Origin: Nageia nagi
Taxonomy: Eukaryota > Plantae > Pinophyta
NCBI GenBank assembly: GCA_050084985.1
Contig: JBITNC010000001.1
Location: 189,038,001-189,102,000, forward strand
Direction: 5' to 3'
DNA: 64,000 bases
Shown here: positions 1 through 15,185 of the stretch, in pieces
Layout of the letters: the number at the start of each line of letters is the position of its first letter
Position numbering within the stretch: position 1 is the stretch's first letter
Notes under the pieces: generated by a model
The model's input: only the letters and a program-made list of their open reading frames with translations
Databases searched by the model: none
What the model was told of the DNA's origin: nothing
Position numbers and translations under genes: made by a program

Positions 1-306
1 TTACTATATCCTTTATTACATATATTATATTACTTATTTTAAACTGCTAGCAACATACTTAATATAGGATGCCAACGATGTGCAATTGGGTGAATCTATG
101 CTTGTCTTTTATGTATGTTTCCCTTAATGGAATGAATATATGATCTAATTAAACACAAGTTTTTTTTGTTATTTGTTATTGCCATATTTCATGTACATGT
201 TTCAATAAGAAACAAGTAGACCAATAGTGCATTAATTAACCCCCATACATAATTAATTACATTATTTGGGGTCTACACTACCTCGCAAACAATATCTCCT
301 ACAACA

Positions 307-2624
307 TGGTAATCTAAATATATAGTAGATCTCAATGTGATGATTTATTTCTTGCTACCCCATGAAATTAGTCCAAATTCAAGGAAGAACACATATCCTA
401 TTTTCGATCTTTTATCATCTAAGGATCCACTATAATTTGCATCTATGTATCCATACAAGATGAACTTATTATTCTTCTTATATTCCAGGACATAACTATC
501 AATGCTACAGATGTATCTCAAAATATGCTTTGCCATAGTTCAATGTACGTTCTTCGGTTCATGTATAAATCTTGAAATATAGCGAATGACATATCAAATA
601 TTCAGCCTAGTGTATATTAGGTAAATTAACCCTCAAATTAGTTGATAATAGAGAGTTTCATTTACCAGTGGAGAATAATCATAGCATGATAAATGTAAAC
701 TAGGTTTGATTGGCATGGACATTGAGTCATATTTTGTTATCTTGAATTTCTCTAATAGATTCTTGGTATACTTAATTTATGAAATAAACATCTATTCCTA
801 CATCTACTAGACCTCCAATCTAAGGAAATAGTGAAGTAAACCAAGATCAATCATATTGAATGATCATTTAAGATCATCTTTGTAATATATTATCAACTCT
901 TTAGTGCTTCCTATGATAACTAGATCATTGATATAAACTACAACTATGACAATATGCCCCCCATTTTATTGAAGATAGAGGTTAGGATCATATAGACTCC
1001 TATTGAAGTCATGTTTTAATAGGTGGAAATCAATTTTTATATACTAGGCTTATGGAGGCTATTTCAATCCATACAAAGACTTGATCAATATACACACTTT
1101 TGTTTTACCTATATCAATAATGAATTCTTCAGGTTGCTACATGTAGACTTCTTTCTCTAAGTCTCCATTTAGGAAGGAACTCTTCACATCCATTTGATGG
1201 AATTTCTAGCAAAATTATGTTGCCATTGCAAAAGTAATTCTAATGGTCTTAATCTTATATGTGGGAGTAAAAGTATCCTCATAGTTGATACCTTACTGTT
1301 GAGCATATCCTTTGGGTACGAGTTGGGCCTTATGCTTATTGAGTGTACTATCATATTTATACTTAGTTTTGAATACCCATTTGCATCCAATGGCCTTTTT
1401 TCATAGTGAAATATCTACCAACTTCCATGTACCATTTTTCATCAATGCATCATACACAACTTGCATGGCTAACTTCCAATGAGATATCTTAATAGCTTCA
1501 TGAACCATTTTAGATTTAAGTGTATTCAAAAATATGTTCATCATTGCCAAATTCACTTCTTCATGAGCCATGCTTTATGTTCTTACTCTGGAAGTTGAAT
1601 TTTCTAGTGGAGAACTCAAGTTTGAATCTTGCAATATCTTTTGGTACCACTTAGATCTTTGAGGTGGAAAATTCACAACTAGAGCTTCTCTCTTATCATA
1701 CTTAGCATCATAATTGATTATAGGGCCACTAATAGGTTTAGGTACCTCTGTAGGTGGACTAGTTGAAGATTCACAAGTGTCATCAAAGATTACATATCTA
1801 TTTATATAAGTATTTTGATTAGCAGGATCCATGAGTCTATAGGCTTTGGATTCACTATCATACCCAAGCAGAATACACCTCTTTGATTTTTCATCAATCA
1901 TCTTCCTTTGCTCCTTAGGAATATGCATGTAGGTAGTACAACCAAATACTCAAATATGTGAGATATTGGGTTGCTCTCCATACCATTCTTCTTCAAGTAT
2001 CATCCCATCAAGTGCTTTTGTGGGTTCCATATTCAATAGATATGTGGTAGTATTCACTACTTTGACCCAAAATATTCCATCCATTTTTACATATTTCAAC
2101 ATGCTTTTTGCTATTTCCACAATGCTTCAATTTCTTCTTTCATAAACTCCATGTGTAAGATGTGGTCAGTTATCTCTGAATTCCATGCTACTTTAGGAAT
2201 GAAAAAAACTCATTTGATAAGTATTCTTCCCCTTCATTTGAGTCAAGAACATGGATGTGATAAGAAGTTTGTTTCCCCATAAGTTCTTTGAATTCCTTGA
2301 AGTAGGAAAATTTCTAATCCTTTATCTTTAGGAAATACGCCCATATTTTTCTAGAGTACTCATCAACAAATAACAAGAAATATTAGAGGTGAGCAACACT
2401 AGCCTAGATGGGTCTACAAAAATTAGTATGGATAATATCAAAAGGTCCTTTAACACAATATGTGCTATCACTGAATGGAATTCTGTGTTATTTTTCTACT
2501 ATGCAAGTAGAAGAAATATTAGTAGTATAAGTTAGAGATGGAAGACCACATACCATATCCTTATTTTACAAAGTGATTAGGTAGTCTAGATTCATGTGTC
2601 TAAATCTATGGTGCTAAAGAGTGT
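307..2624 (-). pseudogene. Ty1/copia pol relic (GAG-pre-integrase, integrase, RT, start of RNase H)
   Basis: Minus-strand peptides in copia order: L*HHRFRHMNLDY (~2580-2620), HIPKEQRKMIDEKSKRCILLGYDSESKAYRL (ORF 1575-1928), RT region ~540-1400, KHILRY...LYGYIDANYSGSLDDKRSKIGYVFFL...ISWGSKK (ORF 345-536). Many stops. Confidence 0.93.
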
Positions 2625-3660
2625 TGTTGAACTAGGTGTGACATTGATAAGGGGGGTGAATCAATATTTTAAACTTAAAACCTCAAACTGATAATACTTA
2701 AAAATAATGTAGTGGAGAAATTAAAACAAAATAAAGTGACAATCACACAACACCATATATAATGAGGTTCATAATTTAGGCTACATCCCCAAAAATGATT
2801 GTTTGGACTTCCATCCAAATCCAACCTTTGTAAAGCATCAACTTTACAAATTTTCATACCACCCACTATGTGGATGGCACCAACCAACCAAATATTTTGC
2901 AACACCCACTATACAAATGGTACCAACTAACAAAATATTTTGTAGCACCCACTACATGGAGCTTCAACCTTGATTGCCAAGCACCCACTTGATAAGATCT
3001 CTTCTCACACTAACTATCTCAATATCACTACACTCCAATAATCTGAAAGTTGATTCTCTACAAATAAGATAAAAACTCTTTCCACAAGCTCAATAAAACC
3101 CTCAAAACAAAATTGCAAATTCATACTAAAAGATCATGTTTTTAGCTCTCAATAACATCTCCCATGGGAGATATGGTGAACTTATAGATCTTCAAATTGT
3201 GCATGCTCTAGAAAAAGAATGGGTTCAAATGGAGTCACGAATCAAAATTTATGGCCAAAATTGTGAGACACCCTTCATTATCTCATTTTTCACTCTTTGC
3301 TTAAGAGAAAATAGAAAACCCACTTTTTTTATAACTCCTTTTCATAAAGATCTTTTCTCCTTTTCTTTTTATTTTTCTTCTTTCTCATTTTTTTTGTTTT
3401 TCAAACTCATTGTATTTTTTATTTAAATATATCACATACATTTAATTTTCAACAATGGTCATTTTGTCAAACAATTCATAGCCCTTCTTAGTCACAAAAA
3501 GAATAGTCAATTTCCCATATAAATTCCAAAGGCATTTTGTCAAACAATTCACATGCTAAAATTGGAAAAATAGAAAAAAAGAGCTCTGAAGGTATTTTTG
3601 AAGAGCTATAACTTCTTATTGGTTACATAATTTAACTCAAAATTTGTACCTACAACAACA
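2625..3660 (-). mobile_element. LTR fragment or solo LTR (Sirevirus/copia-like terminus) truncating the copia pol
   Basis: Copia coding stops abruptly at TGTTGAACTAGG...AAGGGGGGTGAATCA (reverse complement of the ATTCACCCCCC motif typical near SIRE-like LTR 3' ends). Internal ~43 bp tandem repeats at 2860-2990. Candidate CAACA end ~3657-3660. No matching TSD seen. Confidence 0.5.
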
Positions 3661-5677
3661 ACTATCGCTTCTCAATTTGCACATGGTTGCTATTGAACCC
3701 TAAATTGAAAAGAGACACTAAATTATGTTGGAATTGAGAAACATTTGTATTGTGTAGCAATAAATTCAAAGTGAGCTTTGCGAAAAAGATATTTTTTGCT
3801 ATGGCTCAAAAGTAGAAAAAATAATTCCTTTTTTACGAATTCTAATACTTGTCATTTGAGGGTGTCCGAGAATCCTGATTAATAGGAATTCTATTGCCAT
3901 TTCATCCTTTATCATAAAATAAACAAATATTTACATCCATTATACTAATAATTCATTCACTCAATATGAAAGGTCAATGCCAAAAAGAGGAAAATATAAA
4001 GGTGCTTTCTTTGTAAATATCTTAGGAAGATAGCTATCTTGGTAGTTTCCATTGTGTGCATCTTATCTCATCTCTTTAAAGAGTTTAAACTTGCTTTAGA
4101 TAACATGAAGTGGCTATTTTTAGTGGTTTTATTATATGGTTACCTTATTTCATAAAACTTTTTTCCAATTTATTGAGACTGGCTCTTATGAATTTGCCAC
4201 TAAAAAATTATTAGGTGCTTGTTTAATGTTAACAAGTATAGGTTTTTCTATTGAAATTGAGATTTCCTTTTGTTTGATGGGAAACAAAAATAGTTTGTTA
4301 ACTACCCTATACTTTTTTCATTCTTGATCGTAAACTACAAAGCACATGAAAAGACCAAACAAGGAAGTATCTGTTAGATTGACATCATTTTACTTTAAAT
4401 ATGATAAATAGTTTTTAATCTTAAGAGTTTCTTAAAAAACCTATGAATGCATACAAATTTTAGAAATAATTATATTCTATTTAGCTAAATTATCTTTACT
4501 ATATTTATTACTCTAACATGTATGCCTCTTTGCAATATATCAGTCCTACTATAGCTATTTTTCAAACTTTCTCGAAGTTGGATTGTTCAAGAGATGAACT
4601 TTAATTGTTTCCCAAGTTTGTATTATATCTAGATTTTTATTTCAATTTTTTTATTGCACATCATAAATGAGAGATTTTGTAATTATTATTGAGTAACAAG
4701 TAGATTTTGTATTTATTATTTTAGATGCATGTTTGAAGCAAGAAAAACCCCTAATATAATAGAATTGACTTATCTAATGGTTTTTCATGTTAAATTAATT
4801 GAACTTTGTAGTTCAATTGAACAATTATGATTATCTTAAATTTTCCCTAACCTTAATTACATATATATAAAAAATTAACTATATTTTAAAGAATTCTTGC
4901 CTATTTTCTTAATTCAAATTTCCTTACTAAAAAGAAATAACTTCATTGTTTCCTTTCCACAAGGTTGCAATCACTAGTAATAATTACATTGAGGGCATCT
5001 AATAAGAAAAAAAATCTTCCATGAATCTATAACTGAAATGTGACCACAGATAGAAGGATGTCAATCCACATGTTTTGAATAATCTAATGACTAGGTAAAA
5101 AAAGATAATATTATTATTATACTAAAGGCATTTTCTTTTGAAAAGTGTAGTTAAATCTAAATATCAATGGTTGAGAAGTTATTAATCATCTTGCATGCAT
5201 GTAAGGCCACCTCAACCATCTATGCATTGACTTAAATTTTTATAATAGCAATACATAACTTGAATTCCATGTGTAGTTGGGTTCATTCAAAATGTAGTAG
5301 TGGTGTTCAGTTGGCAAGTCCATCAATGTATTGGTGAACTAACAAGGTGGCGGCTGAAGCAATGAATGTTGATAGCTCCATTTTCACACATATCAAATGT
5401 GGAAGTTTCTTATATGAGGGTGAGGAGCTATGGTGTGGAAGTTTTTAGTGAGTAGGATGACTATCAAATTTAGTTAGATACAAAATAGTACGAGCTTGTA
5501 TTTTTTAAGAAAATACATGTGTCATGGTGAGGTTGCAGGTGTTCATATCTTGGTAAAAATATTATCGACTTGATTGACATATATAAGATGGTTATTCATG
5601 AATATAGTAGAATGAAAATCGAAAGTTTTCAAAAATCTCAAAGGTAATTTTTTGTTGTTATTTCAATAGTTATTTGA

Positions 5678-5810
5678 TAGTATTTTTTGTAGTTTTTTTT
5701 AATAAAAATTACATTGATTGCTAAGGATTGAATTTTGATAGTTCTTTGAGAGTATTTTATGTAGGTTTTTTTAATCAAAATTTTACTGATCGCTAAGGTT
5801 TAAAATTTAT
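5678..5810. repeat. Two diverged ~72 bp tandem copies
   Basis: tattttttgtagttttttttaataaaaattacattgattgctaagg vs tattttatgtaggttttttaatcaaaattttactgatcgctaagg. Confidence 0.7.
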
Positions 5811-6489
5811 TTTTTAATGTTGTACAATAATTCATATGTAGAGACATTATCGATATATACTAGATAAGAGAGAGTGCAATATATCTATAAGATGGGAATT
5901 CTTATTATGAACTTCATTGAATTATTATTGAAAACACATTTAAGTTCATAGATAGTTGAACATAGAGTTTGGGAATTCATCTAATATTTAATTCTAATAC
6001 AAGCAAACTAAGAGTCATCTCATTCTTCACAATGCAAACATAATTTTTTCCAAATGATTGTAATAAAAAAATTTATGTCAAGTTTTGTAGAAGATACGTA
6101 ATAAGAGTTTCTATTTTTATTAACTTTTAACCATTGTAATTTCAAATTTGGTACTATTTTATAGGAATTTTCCATTTATTATGCATCCTATTTTGTTTTT
6201 ATCTTCTTTGAGTATGGTAGTTACTTTGGTTTACACTATACATTCTTTCCCTTCTATTCCATGGATTTTATGGTTTAGCACATGAGGCAAACCATTAGCA
6301 AAAGTCTATATTGAGCTTTAGCATTTGTTGAGAACTCTACAAATCATTAAGGAAGTAGGTACATGGAGTTAGTGATATCAAGTGTACAATATTTCCTAAA
6401 AATAGTATATACATTAACAAATAGTAAAATAGAATAGTTAAGATAAAAAAGTTAAATAGAATTACATTTTTAAATAATACACCACTGAT

Positions 6490-9330
6490 GGTGATTTTGT
6501 TGGCATTGTTCTTCTACTATAAAGTTTAAAGAGGTTATTTTGGAAAGTGACTCTGGAGATGAGTGCAATTTTAGAGCCTTAGGCATTTGAGGGGGTTCAC
6601 ATAAAGATATCATTAGGAAGGTTGAGCCATCAAAACCTGATAAAGAAGAAATATGGTTTCATAAAGAGGTTGAAAGAAGTTATAAAATAATGAAAGATTT
6701 TCTTGAATATAATCATAACATGTTGGCGAAGCTATACAACCAAGGAAAGGATGGAGCGAGCAAAAGGCTACCTTTGTGCAACAAATGGAACTCAGATATT
6801 ACAAAGTTACTATGCCTACCAATATTTTTTTCTGGTGACCTGATGACTTGGTTAATTCAAATATTTGACCCAATTAATGATGTCTTCATGGATGATTAAG
6901 GAAATGCAATCTTTCAAATTACCGAGCTAGTGATAAAGAGATATTTCAAGTTACAACAAGGGGGGGTAAGTACCTAAAGTTATCTTTCCTAAAATATTTT
7001 TGATACTTTTGAGGAGAGTATAGGATGATTTTCCTATTTGAATATGACACACCTCTATTTATTTTATAAAATATTTCCTCTAAGTCTTGATTCTTTAAAA
7101 TGGTAGGCTTGCTTGTATGTACAAACTATCAGTTACATATTAGGGTTAGAACACTATTGCTTGGTCACAAAGAAGGTCCTTTCCTAATAAGTAGAATTTC
7201 TTTTACCCCCTTTATTTGTATGACTAGGGAAAGTATTTGTATGAAAGAATTTATGATGAATTGATAAAACTAAAAAGTGACTTCAAAGCAAAGGAAAACT
7301 TAAAATTCACAAGGTATTTAATCTTAGTTCATACACTAATATCTCAAACAAAAGCTTTATTCCAAAAATTAGTACTAGTAGATCAATATGATATAGTGCA
7401 AGAAATGTTGCCACACATTCATTAAGAGGTGGGCACTTATAATTTGTTTTGTGAATTTGTCTTGAAGAATGCATATGCTATATTTACTCATACAATACCT
7501 AGGATATTTGGGTATTCACTTCAATTACTATAAGAATGTTAGACTGGGGAAGTAATCATACTTCAAAAAGGGAAAATTACAACCTAAAATATTTCCTACA
7601 TTCTTTCTTGATTCTATCATATATGAGGAGGTCATCATATTATATATATATATCCATTTGAAATTGGACACTTGAGTTTTAGAACTATCCACTTCTTCTT
7701 AAGTACATTGTTCAATATGGAATAGTATGGCTTTGAAGAAGTATAATCAAGACCATTTAACCTTGAGAATATTTTTAATAAACTCTAGAAATCATCAATC
7801 TTCAAAGTATCACATATAGATGTAAATGAGGTTGCATTGATCATGACATTAAAAAGAAAGAAAGAAACCCTTACAGCTAATTTGGAAAAAGCATGGCATT
7901 GGTAAAGAATATGCTATAATATCTATGATAGGTTTTGTACCACCTAATTTGGATAGAATTAGAGAAAAGCTAATTGAAACAAGGGAGTCAAGAATCAATA
8001 TCATGGATTTCACAAAGAGAGATGAGCACACCTTTGAGGTAGTGATGCAACAAGAGCCACCATAAATATTAATTCAATATAATAAACCTATATTATAAAT
8101 AGTCCAAAAGGTATAAGAGAAGATTCAAAATGTTGGAATATTAGAGCCTCTTCCTTCACCAGAAGTAATTTCTCAAACAATAATACCTTTCCAAAGTAAT
8201 TCCATTTAAGAGGAATTGGTCAGAAAAATAAAATTGTATGAAAATATGTTGACTTATGCTCTTTCCTTTCCCAAGATAGTTATTGTGAAAGGAAAAAGAT
8301 TATACATGGATGAAAAATCATCAAGGCAATATTGAATGAGAGGATCCATAATTCCACTATGATGTAAGTTGTATGTGAAAAATATAGAAGAGGCTCTAGC
8401 AACTAAAAGATTAAGAATTGAAGATGCATTTTCCTCTTATTCTTAAACTAGCAAGCCAATATATACCCCTTGGTATGATTTTAGTAGTGTTTTATTATTA
8501 ATAAATGAATATGAAGAAGAACAACCACTAATTGAATTAGTTCATATACTAGTGTTGATAGAGCAATTGACTGTAGTTTGTTCTAACCTAATGGAGCTTA
8601 TCAATTTATCATATGAAAAATCAATGAAAACCCTATTTTTATTACTCTCAAGTATTGAATAAGAAATAACAATAGGATCAACCAATATTATCACAAGTCA
8701 AGAGACTTTAGCTCAAGCTCATTCTCTAATCATGCAAGTAGCATCTAAAGCATTGGTATATTTAAGGGAAAGGGTAGTAATATCAACCCATGAAAAAGAA
8801 AAACTGGTAATACACTCAAATGCTAGCAAGTTATGACAAGAAGAGCTAAAAATGGTTGTATGGCTATTTGAAAAGTATAGCCAAATTGTGCAAGATATAT
8901 CAAAAGTTGAAAAACATGTAATGATAATAGACTATAAGATAGAGAGGTTGCAAACTCAAATGGATTTGGTCATAGGAATAAGGAAGGAACTTAAACATAT
9001 TGTGTAAGCATTAAAAAAGTTTTATGAGAAGATACACTAAAATATAGTTCATGGAAGAACTCAAACCTTTAAAGAAAAAATGTATATGATTCTTTGTGTT
9101 GGCATGAAAACTTATGCTACTTTGGCATTATTAAAGGAATTAAATATGTTATTTAGACACATATGAAAATATTGGATAGATATAGGATTGACCAAGGGAC
9201 CAATAGCCACAAAGGAAGAAATTTTGAAGGAAATACAATCTATAAGAAATCAATTAACTAGAGCTAGTTAGGAAGATTTTAACATGTATAAATATATATA
9301 ATAAAGTTGAGTCATAAATTTAAAAAGATG
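6490..9330 (+). pseudogene. Long decayed ORF, probable retrotransposon accessory (extra/env-position) gene
   Basis: Plus-strand protein-like fragments (ORFs 6690-6899, 7237-7425) in a purine-biased 2.8 kb tract with a Glu/Lys-rich coiled-coil-like end. Directly followed by a purine tract and TG start at 9389. No recognisable enzyme motif. Confidence 0.5.
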
Positions 9331-9388
9331 AAAGAAATTATGGATCTGTATGATATAAATATGATTTGTAAGATGAGGGAAGCCTTAG

Positions 9389-10049
9389 TGTTGTACCAAG
9401 GTGTACATAAATACCATGAATTACCACCAAAAGTATGGAATATAAGCAAAATAAGTTATAAATTGGAAACATAAAAATCATGAAGGTTAAAAGGGAGATT
9501 AAGACTTTTTCTAGCAATGGAAAATACATTTACAGGTAGTAGTGTTATGAAAAGAACTTTTTGAAAGAGAATTTTTCCTTTATAATATAGGATGGTGATA
9601 GGTATCACTTATGTAAATAAAAAACTTTTGCCTTAACCTAAGTTGACTATAGGTGTTAGGTTAATGAAGAGATGCTTTTGGAGGAGGTTCTTATTATGTA
9701 TGTGAACATGGTTTTCCCAGTGATTGGAAACAACATTGGAATTTCTAAAGATAATGGGGTTACTAGTATTTTTTTTACCTATTTTTGTTTTTTGTTTTTT
9801 TTTTTTTAAATATTGGTTTGTTTATTTATTTTTGAGGAGCTATCATGCAAGGATGACTATTTGGTATTTTCTTTCTATTTGATGCATGTAATTTTTTTAT
9901 TTATAACCCCTTGAGTGAGTAGGAAATGAGTTTTTCTTTCCTTGGTTACTATTGTACATACAATAATATCAATAATATTAAACTTCAAAAGCCATTGCAT
10001 TGCTTACCAACTGTTGAATAATAATCACCAATCCATGAAAATTCCTTCA
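9389..10049 (+). mobile_element. Probable 3' LTR
   Basis: Purine tract aagatgagggaag (9370-9382) then TGTTGTACC. Right end is uncertain and there is no partner LTR in the window. Confidence 0.35.
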
Positions 10050-10149
10050 AAATAGATAAGCATTATCCCCATAGAGATGAACAATTGCACCATTTATGGA
10101 ATGCAAAGAAAATAACTTAGAAACACACTTATCATAATGTTTAAAATAT

Positions 10150-11960
10150 TAGTTTTTTATCTTATTCCTAGAACAAGAAAAATTAGTGAAGGTTAGGGAT
10201 GTTGGGTATACCTAGTTCATGGTACCTAGTATTCCCCTCAACTAGTATGGGGAAATTTATACAATATACATTGGTACCTTATTTTTGTTAAAACAAACAT
10301 TTAGGTAATGTCAAAATATTAGAAAGGATTCAGAATATATACACATTGCATGAAGAGGAGTTAGTTGATAAACGTATCTCTTACTATGAAAGAAGTGATG
10401 CCAATTCCAAATCCTATAATGAATCTTCCCACATATAGAATACCCACACCTTGCAAATAGTATATTTATCATTATAATTAATTATAAAAGATCAAGGGCT
10501 ATCTTATGTATTAGTGATCACTAGCTTCATATCTAAAAAATCCACTGGATCAAAATTCAGTCCCAACATTTAAAGTATCCACACAAGCATTTCCAAATTA
10601 TGTTGTGAAATAAGGAAGTAGAATTAAAAAAAATATATCTACATAGACCTTTTTTAAACCTATTGGAATAATTCCTAAATTTTAATTATCTTTGTATCTA
10701 AGAATAATAGATCATATAACTTTCTACAAGCTATAGGAACAAAGATATTTAGGGTTAAGATTCCTCTCTAGGACCTATTCCAATGTAAGGATTTTTTCTA
10801 AATTCTATCAAGAATGAAAGATAAAAATACATAAAAGAGTATTAAAGCAATTATGGGATACAAAAAAGCAAATTTTGAAACTAGGCTATCTACAAAAACT
10901 TTTACTTTTTGTCAATGGAAAATATGCTTATGGTGATAAATCAAATAATAAAGATATAAATATTGATAGGTGTTGAATAGATTTAGAAATTTATGGATTT
11001 TGAATTGGTTAGAAGATGATGATTATCTTATTTTTTATTTTTTTCTATATTTTATTGCATAATTGGGCAACCTTTTGATACATGTCAGAAATATCCTAAG
11101 AAAAAAAAGTTTATTAAAAGTGGTTTCAGAACATTATGGACCCTAGCATCCCTACTACTGGAAAAGTTTCTTTCTAGAAGGATTGTAAGGTTATATTTTT
11201 AGAATATCAATCTCTATTTCATCTGATGCTAGAAATTTATATAAAAAAATTTGTTTGGATTATAAATTTTATATAAGGAATTCTGATTAAAGTTAATTAA
11301 GGAAATTGATTATAGAGTTTTCCATTGTAAGATTATAAAGTTTAAAGCATTTACTTCTATGTGCAAGCATTTAGAGTGAGGTGAAATGATTAAGATCCAA
11401 ATTTCAAAATAATTAAATTACCATGGTATCAATTTTGAAATGTTCCAAATATTTCTCTTGATAAGACACAATGATGCATCATGACATTAAAAGATAAATG
11501 CTATGACCCTTTTTGAATATTATTCAAACCCCCCAAATGGGTTGTTGGAGCATAATAATGATGAAAATAACTCAAAAATTCTATTGATCTAGTCTTGTGA
11601 TTGGAAGTGAGCCCTCCAATGAATGCAAAAGGGGTTTAAACACTAAAATTTACTATCTTTCTACCCTAATTTAATGATGTTGGTTGCCAATTATTGAATG
11701 TTTCCTAATAGCATATTTAAATACCTTCTAAATACAAATATAATCCTCCAAATAATTCTAATAATACCCATAAAATTTTGTAACTAGTTGAATCAAATCT
11801 GAAGCTCATCAATTACAATTCCTTTAAGTCCAAATGCAAACCCTAAGTAGATTTTCCTCCAAGAGACTTAGTGTTTTCATCTTACTCTTAAAAATCAAGG
11901 GTTTTTATCCTTGAATCAATATTTCATAAGTTTTTGTTCATAGAATATATCCCTTGGGAT
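10150..11960 (+). pseudogene. Highly decayed L1-type LINE ORF2 (RT, zf-RVT, RNase H-like)
   Basis: Faint motifs in the expected order: STQAFPNY (~FADD position, ~10580), FLQAIGTKI (~10725), HLLLC (~11350), PPNGLLEHNND (~11530; PPxGxxKxNxD-like), LVESN (~11785). Confidence 0.45.
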
Positions 11961-12036
11961 ATCTTTCTATAAGAGAAAATGGGTATTAGCTTCTTAGCTA
12001 ATTACATCAAGTAGAAAATAAATAATAACATCCAAT

Positions 12037-13949
12037 TGTAATGATCTTGTTTTTATATCTTTATTTGTACATAGTTTGGAGTGGAGTGATTTTGTGTATT
12101 TTAAGTATTAGGTGTGTTAAGAATACAATTTAATAAATTTGGCAATAATTAAATAAAAGGACATGTAAGGTGTACATGGAGTTATTTATTTTTCGAAGGT
12201 TTCATTAAGTGAAAAATTAGAAGTGTAATCTCAATGAGAAATTAAAAGAAATTATTATAGAAAGGGGTTGGAGACCCTTATTGAGATATTTTTAATTATT
12301 ATTTTAATTAATATTTAGGAGTTTCATCCAAAATTCTCTCTTATGGATGAAAAACCACTGAAGAAGAGTTATGAGGAAAAAAACCCTCATTACTCACCTC
12401 CCCTAAGACAAAACATCCTAGAGAATTACTTAGTTTTCATTCTAAATTTTTCAACTTAGAAGATATTTTGATAATATTGAAGGTGTATTTGATTAGTGTG
12501 AAGGTTAATCTAATTATTTTAGGATCAACATTTTGTTATTCTCTACCTTGGAGTGGAATGTGGTAGTCTGGAAAGATATTGGTCATTTTGGAGGCCATTT
12601 TCATGATATTTATATCTTTAGGTGAGATATTTGCAATCCTGGAGACTTGTGTGAGTCATTTAGGATTTTACTTGATCAAATTTGAGGTTTTAATTAATCA
12701 AATCATAGGATGGGAATGGGATGTTACATTTAGGAATATATATTTATTCATTTTTTTTTAATTTTTAAAGATTACTATAATTGTTGATAGATGTACATTA
12801 CTATTGGAGGGGTTGTTTATCAATATTGTTTAGTTTAAATCCATCAGATATACCCATGAACTAATTGAATCTACATTTGGGTTGAGTAATTAAACTCTTT
12901 CCATATTAGTTCTAGAATTGAGGGAGGATGTCCAACCACTTATCTATCTGCATGTTGTTTTGAGGTGTTAGACACTCCAAATTTGCAATCTGAAGAGGAA
13001 CATACTAGTATTGATAGCCCTATTAACCATATCAATAACATACACCACTAAATCTATATAAATGTAAGGGGATTTTCATTATTGGAAGAATATTTCTAGT
13101 CTAAGGCATACTATCACTCATTCTAAATCCTAAAAGAGGAATTCTATAGAATATAAGGAAGTTTAGTAAGTATAAGGCCAAATCTACCTCTTGTTTGATT
13201 TTTCCAATCTTAAAAAACAAAAAATATCATTTGGAGATGTATTCTTCAACATTTGTAATTAGATCTTATGTTTTGTGAGTTATTTTCATGTGAACTCTTG
13301 AGAACTATTTATGTTATTGTCCATGCATTTCAGATTTAATGTAAATTTATGGTATGGGTATTATTTGGTAAGTTTTTAATAGATTTGTAACTTCCAAATC
13401 ATAGATTAGAATTTTATTTGAATATTTTTGAATTTTGTGGTGCAAAGATTGTAATATTTTGCTAGGGTTTGGTAATTTTTAGAACTAGCACATTACAATA
13501 AATTGCAAATTTCCCCTAATTTTGCATTCTAATATTAAAATATAAATAATAAACTTCTCCTAATATGCCTTATAAACACTATTATGGTAATTCAATATGT
13601 TGGAAACACATTGAAAAATAAATCATAAACTTCTCTTAATTTTTACTTATGGTTAGACTATGATTGAAGTAGACAATGTTAGAGTATTTTATTTACCTAC
13701 ACTTTTAGGTATGTAGAATACTTAAGCTCACTAATTGTAGGTGTACTAAGTTGGCTTTCTTATCTCCTTATCAATTTGTTAGAATATGATGGTTGAGATT
13801 AGTTTGATTTTATGCCTATCATTTTATTTTATCCCTATTTATTTGTACATTATACATTATGATATCATGAGGTTTAATGCAAGTATTCATATGTGATTTT
13901 TCTCATCTCTTTTGATCTAGGTTTCACAATCTCTTCATGGTACTAGAGT
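12037..13949 (+). mobile_element. Probable 5' LTR with degenerate tRNA-iMet PBS
   Basis: TGTAATG start at 12037. ...CTCTTCA end at 13937 followed by TGGTACTAGAGT (cf. TGGTATCAGAGC). The start and end may not belong to the same LTR. Confidence 0.4.
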
Positions 13950-14773
13950 TGAAGGTAATTTGAGAAAATTTTGTTTTAGCTTGCATTAGGTTAAAAGAAT
14001 ATCATTTATCTCTCCAAGAAGATCTTCAGAATATATCTAATTTAGCTTGGCTTTATGATGAATTATAAGGCCTTCCAGCATTTCCCACATGATTTTTTAT
14101 TTATTGTTATCTTCTTTTAATGGATCTTTCTAGTTTGAATATCTTGTTTTCTTTCTCATATTTTGAGCATTTCTTTCTAACTACTGACATATTGTGTATC
14201 TCATTGACCAGTCGAACCTTGATTTTGAGGGTGATATTGATGGACATGTCATTGAAATTTTTTCACTCTCGAACAAATATCTCTCCATAATGCCTTGCAC
14301 ATATGAATGGGTCTTCTTCTTATTAGCATCTAATGGCTTACATATATAGTTTTGGGCACCTAAATAATCTAATCTCTTCCTCAGTGTATAACAATCTACT
14401 ACAACCTCATTTAAGCCAACCTTGATCACACATCTCATACCATGTTTATGAGGTTTTCTTCATTCCCATGTATTGATCTAGGTCTTACAAGCCTCTCAAA
14501 CTTTAAGTGTACCTCCATAGTAGCTATTAATGATATTTTTGCTTACATTTATCATTTTTTTTGCTCATTATGATGTGATGAAGGATTCCTCTAAAGCTAA
14601 ATGCTACTCATACTCCTTAATGCACCACCCATAGAAAATCCTCACAATGCCTCTCATAAAAGAACAAGCCTACAAGACTAATTCCTAATTATCTAAGATC
14701 ACTTAAGACTATTTCAAATTCTTAAGCATTAATAACACACACTTAAAGTAGCATTCACACAAGATGATACCAA

Positions 14774-15185
14774 TATAAAGTTATTCCTCCAACCATAGGA
14801 GTACATCCACTAATCTAAGATATTATTCCTCAAATAACACTATCTTATAACAAACCTTTCTCACTTCTCCTACAACTTAAAGAAGAGCATAACTTTGCTA
14901 CAAACTTGAGTAAGTGATCTCAAGGAGAGGGCCTTCTATTTATAGACCAAAATCCTTCTTTGGATCACCCTATTAACTATTGTACAATATCATGACATGA
15001 ATCACCCTTTTACCCAATGGGGATACTCATGAGATGGAGTGTGGGACAAGTTACATTATCCTATTCATAAATACTTAAAAGGTATCTAGGAATACTTTTA
15101 CATATTAGTGAATTTACATTATATTATTCATTATTAAGTGAATTACATTAAGAGACTTTACAATAATGTATTATACATTCCAACA
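14774..15185 (-). mobile_element. Copia LTR (~410 bp) flanked by a PPT on one side and a PBS-like site on the other
   Basis: Minus strand: PPT AAAGGGGAG (15194-15186), TGTTGGAATG...CTTTATA, then T-TGGTATCA (14772-14765). Confidence 0.6.
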
